From Dictyostelium discoideum (Eukaryota): a stretch of 64,000 nt of DNA. Within the stretch, counting starts at the first letter, position 1. Every line of letters starts with the position of its first letter. Under the pieces are notes generated by a model. The model searched no databases. It was given only the letters and a program-made list of their open reading frames with translations, and had not been told where the DNA came from. This document shows, piece after piece, positions 28,419 to 42,612 of this stretch. Where the stretch lies: NCBI GenBank assembly GCA_000004695.1, contig CM000151.3, positions 2,432,001-2,496,000 of the forward strand, given 5' to 3'. The position numbers and the translations under genes were made by a program.

Positions 28419-28951
28419 GAATTTCAATATAATAAAAAAAAAAATTAAAAAAAAAATAAAAAAAATAAAAAAAAAAAAAAAAAAAAATCACCTGAGGGAT
28501 TTTAATAATAATAAACAAATAAATAATAATTGAAAAACAAAAAATAATAAACTTTATTTGTTTTTTTAAAAAAAAAAAAATTAATGGTCAATGATTTTTT
28601 TTTTTCTCTCAGTTAGTGTAGGGAAATTAAATTAAAAAATTCACTGGAAAGAAATTTTATTGAAAATTCCCTGCAACATTTACAATTTTCTTAATAAATT
28701 GGAAATTAAAAGACAAAACACAATTGTGTTAAAACCATTTTTTTAAGTAATCAAATTAATGCACTCATATTTCTTTTTAAACTGTATTATATAATATGTA
28801 ATATATATAATTATAATATAAACTTTTATTAAATATCAATGATAGGTTTAATTTAATGAAAATTATTATCATCAAGCTGTGTTGAATTAGTTCCTGTTGT
28901 TGCTGTTGTTTGTTGTTCAATAGGTAGTTTTAGATGATGAATCAATTATAT

Positions 28952-29717
28952 TTGGTGTTAGCGACCAGTAATACAAGGACCTATAATTTCATTTTGGTAT
29001 TTTTTTCCTGCAACATTAGGCATTACAACACAATTAGAAATTTTACATTTTTTAATTAGATCACAATCTCCTACTATATGTCTATTTTAAAAAATAATAA
29101 TAATTTCATTAATAAGATATTAAAAAAACATTATTTAAAAAGAATATATATATACATACAAAACAAAACCTTTATCAGTCATCTTTGAAAAATTTAAATA
29201 ACCAATAGATGGATCAACAGTAAAACCAATTCCATCTATAAGTAAATAGTCAAGTTTAAATCTTGAAATTAATGATTGTTGTAATGTGAATTTTTGAATT
29301 GTTGCTTCTTTACCAGAGTTTATGAATTGGATTTCCATTGCATTGACTCTTTTATACCAATCTTGATTAATTGAATCTATTGAAAAATTCTTGTAACCTT
29401 TTTGAGACATTTCATTATGAATTTGAAAATTTATTAATTCTAAATTTGGGAATAAATCCATTGATGGTACATTTGTATCAATATGATTGAGTGATAAACT
29501 CAATGTATTTATATATGTATTTATTTTTGTTAGTTTTGGATATTTAAAACCAGGTAATGTTTTTTTAACAATTATTCTATTAATAACTCCCTCAAACCAA
29601 ATTGAACTTAATGGCACAGAAATTGAATTAAATTGAACAGTTTTCAATTTTTCTGGGGGACTAAAATTATCTGGGAAAGGTTGTTCTTGTTTTGAAACTT
29701 CTCTATATCAATTAGAG

Positions 29718-29767
<50 letters not shown>

Positions 29768-30186
29768 AAAATAATGAAATTATAACAAATGAGAGTAATT
29801 ATCATTTATATTTACAAAAGCTCTAAATTTTTTAATAAAGGAAGTGTTTTTTCATAAAATACGGTTTGTATTTGAATATTTTCTTCAATTATTAATTCAG
29901 ATAAATATCGAAAAATACTGAAATCATAAGAAACAAAAGATAATCTTGTAGAGTTTATTCTAATTGTAGTTATACCATATGTTTTTGGTTCATAAATAGG
30001 TGAACATACAAAACAACCATAAAAACAAATTTCTTCTAAAGTTTTTGCTTCAAAATTATAAAGTGATTTTAGAATACTTTTAGCAGCAAGAATTTCATTT
30101 ATGGGGAATTCATTTCTATCAGCACCAATACTTTGATAATTTATATAAAAACAAATTAAAATAAAAATTAGGTTAATATATTTCAT
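28952..30186 (-). CDS. Secreted protein of unknown family (intact copy of a locally duplicated gene); 3 exons approx. 30186-29812, ~29686-29147, ~29095-28952
   Basis: Signal peptide MKYINLIFILICFYINYQSIGA. Donor GTAAAT after …KNLEL; acceptor ATATAG before EVSKQEQPFPDNFSPPEKLKTVQFNS…. Donor GTATGT after …KMTDKGFV; final exon HIVGDCDLIKKCKISNCVVMPNVAGKKYQNEIIGPCITGR*. Confidence 0.6.
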
Positions 30187-30419
30187 TTTTTTATAAAATT
30201 TAATTTTAAATAAAAAAATAAAAAACTAATTTCAAATTATTTATAAAGGAAAAAAAAAAAAAATAAAAATAAAAAAAACAACAATAATTAAAATTAAAAA
30301 AAAATAATAATAATTAAAATTATATAAAAATAATAATAAATGAATTATAATATAATTTTATTAAGACATATAATTCTTGATAAATGATAATTTATATCCA
30401 ACCCCTTTAAAAATATTTA

Positions 30420-30725
30420 CACAGAAATAATCACACCTTGACCTACACACATAAACACAGAAATAATCACACCCCCCCACTAAAATTTTTTTTGCTATTG
30501 TTTTAAGACTATATATCATAATGATTAAAAGTATGGCTTTAAATATTAGTGAATGGTAATAAATTTTAATTCAACCCCAATTAACACTTCACACGGATAC
30601 AATCTCACCCTCACCTGCACATACCCCACTAAAATTATTTTTTTTTTTTCCAAATTTTAAAAACTATTTTAATAATAAATAATATGTTTATTGTATCGAT
30701 TAAAAGTATGGTATAATTAATAGAT
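30420..30725. repeat. Two tandem copies of a ~120-bp sequence module (…cacac…ccactaaaatttttttt…ttttaagactatatatcataatgattaaaagtatgg…) lying 5' of the minus-strand secreted-protein gene
   Basis: 30420-30545 and 30590-30725 share the C/A-rich block plus 'ctaaaat…ttttaa…gattaaaagtatgg' core. Related copies also precede the degenerate gene copies (next feature). Confidence 0.6.
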
Positions 30726-31149
30726 CGAAATAATTTCATAATAATTACACTAATTTATTTAAAACATCCTAGATTTATGAAACTGTTTATGGATGCAATT
30801 TAATTAAAATTTTTAAATATTTGTGATATAAAGAAAAACATTATAAAATATTAAATTCTAAAATTAAATAAAAATGATCAATTTTTTAATTTTAAAGAAG
30901 GGAGGGGATCAGATTTAGTGCTAAAGATAATCCTCTTACATTGCTATTACCATTGTGGAGTTGGAAAGCCAAACATTCCATTTTTTTTTTTTTTAATAAA
31001 CAATCAAATAATCAACTGGTGTTACCGAGGTAGTTTTACAACAAATATTTCTAAATGTATTATGTGAGGTTGATGTAACAGTAGGTAGTACAACACAATT
31101 TGTAACTTTACATTCATTAACCAGATCACAAGTTCCATTTATTTTCCTA

Positions 31150-31784
31150 TTTTAAAAATAAAAAATATTATAAATTACATTAATAATACATAAAAAAAAA
31201 ATTTTTAAAAGCAATATATTTATACATATAAATCAATACCATATATATCATCCATCTTTGAAAAATTATTAAATAAATAACCAATAGATGGATCAAGAGT
31301 AAAACTAATTCCTTTGAAAACCAACCAACAAAGTTTAAATTTTGAAATTAATGATTGTTGTGATGTGAATTTTTGAATTGTTGCTTCATTACCAGAGTTA
31401 ATGAAATTGAACTCCAATGCCACATTTATATACTCGATTAATTGAATCAATTGAAAAATTCTTGTAACCTTTTTGAGACATTTCATTATAAATTCCAAAT
31501 CCCAATCCTAATAAATTTTTGATTAATTTCAATGATGGTACATTACTATCAATATGATTGAGTGTCAAATATAAATCCATTTATATTTAAATTTATATTT
31601 TTTTTGTTAATTTTGGATATATAAAACCAGGTAATGTATTATAAACATATAATGAATAAATATTTGCCTAAAACCAAATTGAACTTAATGGTACAAAAAT
31701 TGAATTAAATTGAACTCCTGACAATTTATCTGGGATATTAAATTTATCTGGGAAAGGATGTTCTTGGTTTGAAATTTCTCTATT

Positions 31785-31843
<59 letters not shown>

Positions 31844-32268
31844 AAAATAATGTTATTATAACAAAGTTGAGTAATTATAATACATATTTACAATTTTTTT
31901 AAATTTTTTAATAAAGGGAGTGTTTCATTATAAAACAAAGTTGTTAGTTGAACTTTTTCACCAATTACTAATTTAGTTAAGGATTTAAAAACATTGGGAT
32001 CCTGGGTAACAATAAAAATATTTCAAGATTTTTGCATTTTAATTGAAGTTATAGTATATAGTTTTGAAACATTATATAATGAACATTTAAAACAATCATT
32101 ATAATCACAAACTTCTTTAAAATTGTTTGTGCCAATATTATAAAGTGATTTTAGAATACCTATAGCAACAAGAGCTTCATTTATGGATACTTGATTTCCA
32201 AGAGAACTAATACTTTGATAATTTATATAAAAACAGATTATAATAAAAATTAATTTAATATATTTCAT
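31150..32268 (-). pseudogene. Degenerate paralogue of the 28952-30186 secreted-protein gene, frameshifted
   Basis: ORF 32023-32268 MKYIKLIFIIICFYINYQSISS… matches the intact signal peptide. Fragments 31398-31580 and 31220-31498 (…NSGNEATIQKFTSQQSLISKFKL…DPSIGYL…FSKMDD) match the intact copy's FINSGKEATIQKFTLQQSLISRFKL…DPSIGYLNFSKMTD but lie in different frames with stops between. A final-exon-like CDL…C segment is visible near 31060-31140. Confidence 0.6.
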
Positions 32269-32454
32269 TTTTTTAACAATTTAGTTAGGAAAAAAAAAAA
32301 TTAATTTCAAATTATTTATAAAGAAAAAAAAATTAAGAAAAAAAAAAAATAATAATAATAAAAATTTAATTATAAAAATAAATAATTATAATAATAAATT
32401 ATAATATATTATAAATTTTTTATTATTATTTTTTTATTTTTTTAATAAAAAACA

Positions 32455-33200
32455 CTAAAATAATCACTCACAAGAAATGTTTTTTTTCTATTTTAAGACT
32501 ATATATATCAAAATGATTAAAAGTAAGGTTATATATTTATGAATGGAAATTAATTTAAATTTTATCAATGAAAAATATAAAAAATTTTTTATTTTTATTT
32601 TTGTAGAAATATTTCTTAAAGAAACTGTTTTTGAATAATATATTTGTTTTTATAATAAGATTTTAGAAATTTCCCTATTAATTAAAAAAAAAAAAAAAAA
32701 AAATTAAATTAATGTAATTATATTATATAAGGTAAATGTAAAATAATAATTTATATTTACAAATTATCTAATTTCTTTAATTGAGGAAGAGATTTATTAT
32801 AAAATGAAGTAACAAGTTTAATTTTTAATTTAATATAGTTGGTGAAAAAACTGAGATCCTGGCTCACAATTAAAGTGTTTGAAGAGTTTACCATATTAAT
32901 TGAAGTAATATTATAAAGTGATTTTAGAATACTAATAGCAACACTTTTTCATTTGTTGACAATTAAATCTATTAAAATAGAATTAAAAATAGTATTTTTA
33001 TTAGAAATAATAATTTATAAAAGGTTTCAATTTTCAATTCTAGACAATTTAAAATTTTAATTGAACCCACACAAATATAATAACCCCCACCTACACACAT
33101 ACTCTCACCAATAATTTTTTTTTTTTTTTTTTCAATTAAAATTTTTAAAGACTATTTTTACACTATTCAATACTAATGATTAAAATGTATGGTATTAATT
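32455..33200. repeat. Further copies of the same upstream module (32455-32545 and 33060-33200), 5' of the degenerate gene copies
   Basis: …cactcacaagaaatgtttttttctattttaagactatatatatcaaaatgattaaaagtaaggtt… and …cccacctacacacatactctcaccaataatttttttt…aaagactatttttacactattcaatactaatgattaaaatgtatggtat…. Confidence 0.55.
32760..32960 (-). pseudogene. Third, fragmentary copy (5'-exon relic) of the same secreted-protein gene
   Basis: Minus strand reads …atttacaaattatctaatttctttaattgaggaag… and …ataaagtgattttagaatact…, similar to the exon 1/intron 1 region of the copies at 29800-30190 and 31900-32270; no intact ORF. Confidence 0.4.
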
Positions 33201-33457
33201 ATCAAATTATTTGAAATATCTCATTTTTTATGAAATAATTAATAAACTGTTTATTTGAAATTTTATTTTTATTAATAGTGGTAGATGGTGGAATGGAAGG
33301 GGTTATAAGAAAAAAAATATTTCAAAAAATTAATTTTAAATCAAGTAATTACTTTTTGAAATTAAATTATAAAATATGGTATGTTAAGATAAACTTTATA
33401 AAAATATTAAATTCTAAAATTAAAAAAAAAAAAATTTATTATTATTATTATTTTTAC

Positions 33458-33558
<101 letters not shown>

Positions 33559-34188
33559 AAGTTCAATATGATTTAAAAAGTTTATTAAATTGAAGAATAA
33601 TATAGAATTAGGGATGATGTTAGATATTTTGTGGGTTATTTTTGTAAAATTAAAAAAAAAAAATAAAAAAAATAAAAAAATAAAGAAAATAAAAATAAGA
33701 TTAATATCTGAATGTGTGATGTGATGTGATGTGATATGTTTTGATGTGGGTTTGCATAATTAAAAATTATAAACAAATAAAATATTCCTTTTTTTTTAAT
33801 GAGTTTCTAAAAATTTTAAACTTTTTATTTATTTAATCATGATTTTATTTTTAAAAAATCTTAAGCTAATTCATAATTACTTTTTTGTAAAATGAAAATA
33901 AAAAGAAAAATAAAAAAAAATAATATATAAAGTAAAATTTATAATTTGTATTCAGTTGTGTTTTATTTATTTACAGGTTTATTATTGTTGTTATTGCTTT
34001 TTTTTAAAAAAAAAAAAAAATAAAAATAAAAAAGTATGCGCTTTTAATTATCCAAAGATTTGTATGAAGTATATTATTGATGTTTTACTGCTGTTGTTGT
34101 TGTTGTTGTTGTTTGTTTGTATGAGTTTATATATGATTGAATTGTTAATTTTTTTTTTTTTTTCCTTTTATATTTCGTTATTCTTTTT

Positions 34189-34914
<726 letters not shown>

Positions 34915-35894
34915 TTCTTATTTTAAAATTATATGTATTGATTATATATTATGAATGTATGTATGTTTGTATGTATGTATGTATGTTTGTATAAGGTGGT
35001 ATATTATATAAGTATTGTATAATGAAGAATTATATTTGTTGTCGTTGTAGTGTGAAAATTTAAAAAATACAAATTATTAAAAAAAAAAGTTTTATTTGTA
35101 TTGGGAGAAATGTGTGAAAATTGAATTTTTTTTTTTTTTTTTTTTATGTGTAAAAGTTTTTAAATAAATAAATAATTAATAAATAAATAAATAAATTATA
35201 ATAAATTAATTTATTTTTGTCACACTTTTTTATTTTTTTTTTTTTTTTTCGACTAAAAATATTAAAAAAAAAAAAACTACCAGGTATGCATTTTCATGAA
35301 AATGATTTTTAGTTCCGTTTTTAATTATTTTTAATTTTTTTTTTTTAAAAATTAAATTTTTTTTTTTTAATTTAATTTTTTTTTAATTTTTTTTTTTTTT
35401 TGATCTTTTATCTTTGGGTAACAAAACAATTTTTTTTTATTTTTTATTTTTTTTTTTTTTTATTTCATCCTTATTCATAATAAGTAATTAATATTTGAAT
35501 GTGAAATTATGAACTTTTTAAAAAGAGTCATTTTTTTAAAAAATTTGTTTTCGTTATATTTATTCGAAATTGACAAAATTATTTTGTAAATAATTTAGAT
35601 GACAGGAAAATAAGATTTTATTGTAGTTTTTTTTGTTTTTTTTATTAGAGTTTTTATTATAAAATTTACGTAATAATGCCAAATAAAAATGTTTTCAAAC
35701 AAGTAATGTATTCCTTACTAAATAAATTAATTTAAATTTCTTCCCACATTATTATTATTTTTTTTTAATAATGATTGAAAAAATCACAATATTGATTGCG
35801 TAATAAATAATAAGAAAATAATAATAATAATAATAAATGATTCAATTAAAAAAAAAAAAAAAAAATTCCACGTCAATACCTTTTGGAATATTAG

Positions 35895-35972
<78 letters not shown>

Positions 35973-36847
35973 ACTTCTTTTCCGGTTACTTGGTGAAAAA
36001 ATGGTTTTAATTTGTTTCTTTTCAAAAAATGTAAAAACAAATAATTATCTTTTTCTAATAATTAGTATAGATTAAGTTGTCAATCAAAAAAAAAAAATAA
36101 AAATAAAAAAAAAATAAAATAAAATAAAAAAAAAAAAAAAAAGTTTTTTTGGTGAATATTATTTTATTATTTGAAACTGAAGATTCAATTTTCATTGTAA
36201 TTTTATTTTATTATTTTATTTTATTTTTTATTTTTTTTTTTTATTTTTATTTAATTTTTTTTGTATTCTCTCATACATATTTAAATTTTGTTTTATTATT
36301 TTATTTTTTATTTTTTATTTTTTATTTTTTATTTTTTTATTTTTTATTTTCTTACACACACACACACTCACACACACACAATATTCTTTTCATTCTACAA
36401 TATATTTTTTTTTTCTTTGTTCACCCACGATAGCATTATACATTATAATAAAATTTTAAAAAAAAAAAATCCAACCTTTTGGCGTGATTTAAAAAAATTG
36501 GAAAAAAAAAAAACAAAACACCTAATTTTAAACTTTCACACGCTGGTGCAAAATTTCAACACTCCCACCAATATTCTTGACGTTCTATCATCGATTTTTA
36601 AGATAATAATAAAAAAAAAAAAAAATTAAAAAAAAAAATTAAAAAAAATTAAAATTAAATTAAAAAAAAAAAAAATATCAAAATATTTTTTTTTTTTAAT
36701 AATTATTAATTTTAAATTTATTTGAATTTGAAAACCAAATTTCTGCTCAAAGACAACACAACAAAAACAATATAATAATTATAAATAAATAAATATATAA
36801 ATATTATTTAAACAGTAGTGCCATCATTTCTAAATTTTATATATACA

Positions 36848-36896
<49 letters not shown>

Positions 36897-37556
36897 AAAA
36901 AATCAACTATTATAATAATAACCCACAACCCATCAAAAAATAATAATTATTATCATTATTATTATTATTATTTTAATATTTATTTAATTATTTTTCATTA
37001 TTTTCAGTAGTTTTATTTTTGTTTTTTTTTTTTTTATTTGATTTTTATTTTTTCTTTTTATTTTTCCTTTTTTATAATTACCATAATAATAAAATTTTTT
37101 TTTTTCAGTCTTTTTTGTGTTTTATAATTTTACGTCTTTTTAGTAATTTTTAGTTATTATAAAATTTTAAAGTTTTTGTGTTTTTTTATGTTATCATCTA
37201 GATCCACATAATTATGTTTAAAACCAAACAAAACTACAATCTATATATATTCCACACACACATTTTTTCCTTATTTAAAATTTTAATATAAAAAAAAAAA
37301 AAAAAATTATTTTATTTTATTAAATAATTTTGCAATTTTTTTTTTTATATTTATATTTATATTTATAATTAAAAATAAAAAAATAATATATAATTATTTA
37401 TTATTGTAGTAGTTATTGTTTTAAAAAATTTTAATTTTATTTTAAAATAAAACTAGAACTGTTTAAAAAAAAATAAAATAATAATAAAAAAAATAAAAAA
37501 TAAAAATTAATAATAAAAATAATAATTATAATAAAAGAAGAAATAATAAAAAAATT

Positions 37557-37878
37557 ATGATATCATCAATTTATATTTTTAAAATTTTATTATCATATTT
37601 GGGTGTAGAATATGAAATAAATCAATTAAGTGAAATTAACCAAGAATTTACAAATAAATTGGAATCATATAATCAATTTATAAAACATACACAAAAAGAT
37701 GAAGATTATTTATTGGGCCAATCTGCTGTCATTTCTAGATATATTTCAAATAATCATAATTTTTCTGGTAAATCATTACAAGAAAGCGCTCGTGTTGATG
37801 ATATTGTAGAATCAGTTTTAGAAATAATTGAAGAATATGTTTTACCAATTATTAATTCAAATATTATTGTATGTTTTT

Positions 37879-37926
<48 letters not shown>

Positions 37927-38308
37927 ATTTTTAGATTTTTTTTATTTTTTTTATTTTTATTTTTTTTTTAGTACCAATTTTAATTTAATTTTTTTTTTTT
38001 TTTTTTTAATTAAATAAATAGAATGAAGAAATTACAAAATTATTATGTACACATTTCAATGATTTCGAAAATCAATTATCAAAATCAACATTTTCAGCAC
38101 CGGCGATAGTACAACCTTGGCTGATTTATATTTATTTATTTTATACGATATAACTTTAAGATACTTGGAAAATCATGGTCATTTGGCACATCATTTTAAT
38201 GAAAAATATCCACATCTTGAAAGATTAAAACTACATTTCCTATCAAATAAATCAGTTTCTGAATTTATTAATAGTAATAATATAAATTCTCAATCTTCAC
38301 AACTAATA

Positions 38309-38314
<6 letters not shown>
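37557..38314 (+). pseudogene. Glutathione S-transferase-like gene (sigma/alpha-like) that is N-terminally truncated and carries a frameshift in the C-terminal domain; probable pseudogene
   Basis: ORF 37557-37868 starts MISSIYIFKILLSYLGVEYE…LLGQSAVISRYIS. This matches the GST region RAExIRLLLSYLGVEYED…QSxAIxRYL, but the upstream beta1-alpha1 (YKLTYFxxRGR) is absent and no upstream exon is found. Donor GTATGT at 37869, acceptor AAATAG at 38030. Exon 2 reads NEEITKLLCTHFNDFENQLSKSTFSA and then runs into a stop, whereas the canonical GST C-domain motif F(S)TGDSTTLADLYLFILYDITLRYLENHGHLAHHFNEKYPHLERLK… sits in the -1 frame (ORF 38117-38314). Confidence 0.5.
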
Positions 38315-38350
<36 letters not shown>

Positions 38351-38771
38351 ATTTAACAAAAACCAAAATATAAAAAAAAAAAAAAAAAATAATAATTAAA
38401 ACTGTTTAAAAAAAAAAAAAAAAAAAAAAAAAACCATTTAAAAAAGATAATATATAATAATATTATTTATTCATTGCCAAAAAAAAAAAAAAAGGTTTTT
38501 TTCTTGTCAAAAAAAGTACATACTACAAATTTCAATCTTAAAGCTCATCTTTTATTAAAAAAATAAAATTAATAAATGCAATAAAAATTACAAATTGTAA
38601 TCCTGTAATTAGTAAAATTTTTTTTTTTTTTTTTTTAATTAAAATCGTTAATCGTATTAAGTGTGTGTCAAAAATGTTTTATTTTATCTTTATAATAAAT
38701 TTGATTTTTTTTTTTACAATTATTATAATAATTACTACTTTTTTTATTTTTATTTTTTATTTTTCTTTTTT

Positions 38772-38815
<44 letters not shown>

Positions 38816-39555
38816 TATTTCTTAATATTATTTTATTTTATTAAAAATAACAATAATTTTTTCCCCACGCATACACAAAATTATACATCCAAACCAACAC
38901 ACACATTCAAAGTTAATATTTGATAAACATTGTTGGTAAATTATAAGTATAAAGTCAGTTAATTATAAAAAGTTGGTCGTTATCATGATAAATATTTAGT
39001 TGTTGGTTTTGAAAGTATATAATAATAGGGTATATATATTATTTTGTTTTCTAATTTCTATTCAAAAATAATACTTTTATTTCATTAGGGTTCACGTGGA
39101 AATGATGATGATATATAACTTAATTCTATATGAATTAACGACATCATTTTAAATATTAAAATTATTATCACTCGCCCGAAAAAAGAAAAAAAAAAAACAA
39201 TTAGAAAATACCCACTTATATAAGTGTTGGTAGCAATGAAGGGAGTTTGAAATGTATTATCAACATAACCGTATTTAGCAATTTAAGTAAGTATTAAAAT
39301 TACATCAACATATAATTGGTTAATTTTATTTTTTTACTATAATTATTGTAATTTTATTTATAAAATTATTATTTTATTTTTATTTTTATTTTTATTTTAT
39401 TTTATTTTATTTCTTTAAAAAAAAATTAATATTTAAAGAAGAAAAAAAAAATAAATTATTTCATTAAAAAAAAAAAAAGAAAAAAATAACAACCAAAATT
39501 AAAAAAAGAAGAAATTTTAAATTAACTAATAAACTAAAATACTTAATTTCCCAAA

Positions 39556-39817
39556 ATGTCTATTTTTAGTATGTAATTTTTTAATTTGTAAATTATTTTA
39601 AAAAAAAATTCTGGAATGAAAATATTCTAATTTAAAATTGTTTTTCTTTTTTCTAAATTTAGAATCAATTATAAATAAACCAATTCAATCAAAATCATCT
39701 TTAATTTCAATTAATAATAATTATTGTTCTAATAAAATTCTTCAAGGAGAAAATAATTTAAATAATTTTGTTAGCTCATATTGTTATTCACTTAGATATA
39801 TTAATTTACCAAAATAA
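39556..39817 (+). CDS. Possible small 2-exon gene (55 aa): MSIF|KSIINKPIQSKSSLISINNNYCSNKILQGENNLNNFVSSYCYSLRYINLPK
   Basis: ATG 39556, perfect GTATGT donor at 39569, T-rich TAAATTTAG acceptor at 39662, phase-consistent (A+AA), stop 39815-39817. No homology recognised, so this is speculative. Confidence 0.2.
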
Positions 39818-40410
39818 TTCTTAATTTAAAAAAAAAAAAAAAAAAAAAATGAAAAAAGAAAAATGGCCGACAAAATTGCTTAGAAAAAAAAAAAGAAAAA
39901 AAAAAATAAAAATTAAAAATAAAAAAATAAAAAATTAAAAATAAAAAAAAAAAAAAAATAAAAAAAAGATTTATAAATTTCTATAACTTCCCTTTTTTGT
40001 GTTTACAAATTTTTTAAATATAACCCACTTTTTTTCCGAATAAAGTTATTTTTAACCTTTTTAACAATATTTTGACATAATAGGAAATTACGAATTGTTT
40101 ATTTTTTAATTAATCCATTTAAAAACAAGAGTTTGAAAATATCTAGATTATCTGTATACCTTAAAATTTTAAAATATAAGAAAATAATTCTAATAAAGTA
40201 AAAAATATAAATTTTACAAAAAAAAAAAAAATTAAAATAAAAAATAAAAAAAAAAAATCAAATCAAATAATTTTTTTATTTCTTTTTTCTCTTTTCGATT
40301 TTTATTATTTTTTTATTTTTTATTTATTATTATTTTTTATATGAATTTAAAAATAAGTATTAAATTAAACTAATTTTATTAAATTTTAATAAAATTAAAT
40401 TTAGAAATTC

Positions 40411-40438
<28 letters not shown>

Positions 40439-40445
<7 letters not shown>

Positions 40446-41289
40446 TTAATAACATTTCTAAATCTAGCATTATTAATTCCATCTAATGCTTCATTTGCTT
40501 CTTCTAATGTGAATGATTTTACCATTGGTCTAACTTGGTTATTACGAGCAAAGTTAAAGGTATCAGAAGAGTCACGAGAATCTCCAGAAGCCCAACCAAT
40601 AATTGATTTCGAACCACCAATCATTGCTATAGAACTTGCATTAAATGGTTCATTAAATGCGGCAAGGATGACTAATTTACCATTTGTACCTAAGCATTCT
40701 AATAGACCTGGTACAGCCGATGCAAATGGAGCAGTTACTAAAATACATTTGACTGAACCAATTGATTTAACTTTATCAATGTATCCATCTTTTGAAGTAT
40801 CAACATAATAATGAGCACCCAATTCTTTGGTTAATTGTTCTTTTGAATTTCCACTTGATAGAGCAATCACTTCAAAACCCATTTTCTTACAAAATTGAAT
40901 TGCCAAATGACCTAATCCACCAATACCTTGAACTCCAACTAATGCAGGTGCTTTAACTTTTTGATTTCTAAATGAATTGAATACAGTTACACCTGCACAT
41001 AACAATGGTGCACTTTCAACTGGATCCATACAATCTGGTATGGGAACTAGTGAATCTGCTGGTGCTGTCATATACTCTGCATATCCACCATCATAATGAA
41101 TTCCACAAACATAGGATTCTTTACAATGTACCCATTCATTCTCTTTACAATCTTCACATTTACCACAATGATTACCACCAAACCATCCAACTCCTACCAT
41201 TTTACCAATTCCATATTCTTCATTATTAACACCTTGTCCTAATTTATCAACTTTTCCAATTACTTCATGACCTGGTACCTTTTTTATTG

Positions 41290-41320
<31 letters not shown>

Positions 41321-41669
41321 AAAAGAAAATAAGTTATTTATTTATTATTTATTTTAAATTAATATTATTATATATTAGAAAAATTACCCTTGGAAATTTA
41401 TTTCCCATTCCACCTTTTTTTTTTTAAAAAAAAAAAAAATTTGTTAATTTAATATTAAATTATAAAAATAAAAATTAGTTAATTAAAAATTAAATTAAAA
41501 AAATAAATAAATAAAAAAATTAATTACCATATTTAACAAAGAAATCACTATGGCAAACTCCACATGCTTCAACTTTAATTCTAACCCATCCTGGTTGAGG
41601 TTCTGGAATTGGCATTTGTACTACCTCTAATTTCCCATTCTTTTCTTTGAACACAGCCGCTTTCATTGA
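40439..41669 (-). CDS. Zinc-dependent alcohol dehydrogenase, cinnamyl-ADH/ADH6-like MDR family; 2 exons approx. 41669-41528 and ~41262-40439
   Basis: Exon 1 MSMKAAVFKEKNGKLEVVQMPIPEPQPGWVRIKVEACGVCHSDFFVKYG, then donor GTAATT. Exon 2 (V)PGHEVIGKVDKLGQ…GVGWFGGNHCGKCEDCKENEWVHCK… carries the structural-zinc Cys cluster and the GxGxxG region LVGVQGIGGLGHLAIQFCKKMG (Rossmann fold). The acceptor (AAAAAG vs ACCAG) is not resolved. Confidence 0.8.
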
Positions 41670-41796
41670 CATTTTTTTTTTTTTTTTTTTATTTGGTTTA
41701 TTTTATTATAAGATTTATAATTATAAAATTAAATATTTAAAATTTTAAAAAAAAACTAAAAATTTGAACAAGAGAACTATTTTAATAGATCCAAGG

Positions 41797-41836
<40 letters not shown>

Positions 41837-42513
41837 AAAATTAGAAAAAAAAAAAAAAAAAAAAAAATTAAAATTAGAAAAAAAAAAAAAAATTAAAATT
41901 AAAATTAAAATCTAAAAGAAGAAAAGAAAATTAAATTAAAATAAAATAAAATTAGTTATTTTGAACTTAAATTAAAAAAAAAAAAAAAAAAAAAATTTGT
42001 ATTTAGAATTTGAATTAACCTTTTTAATGGAAAATAAATAAAAAAAGATTTTAAAATTTAAATTAACCTTTTTTTAATTAATAGTTTTCTTTTTTTACTT
42101 GTAATTTCAAAGTCATTTAAAAAAAATAAGATATCCCTCCATAATTTTATGATTTTTCTTTGTTTCTTTGTTTCTTTTTTTATTTTTTATTTTATTTTTT
42201 ACAATTTACAACATTGATCACTAAGAGAAAGGGTGATTATTAAACCAATGTTTTGAAGTGGACGAGAATTATATTTTTTATGATTGCTTAATAATTTATT
42301 TTTTATTTTGCCGAATAATATTTTTAATGATTATTTTAAATTAAAATTAAAATTAAAATAATAAAATTCAAATTCCCAAAGCTTACTGTCTTCCAAGCTA
42401 AGCCTTACAAAATACAATCTTAGTAATCGTGGAAAAATTTATAAAAATTATAATACTTTTTTAAATCATGATGATCTAAAAAGGTATTACAATTATTATT
42501 ATTATTAACTATT

Positions 42514-42553
<40 letters not shown>

Positions 42554-42612
42554 AAATTTAAATTGAGTAATAATACAAAAGTATTAAGAGTATGAAAATT
42601 TATTTAAATAAT

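Noticed and set aside
36149-36629. ORFs 36149-36433 and 36288-36629 (F/Y/I-rich, HTHTHT)
   Set aside because: Low-complexity T-rich DNA plus a short (CA)n; no splice-consistent gene model.
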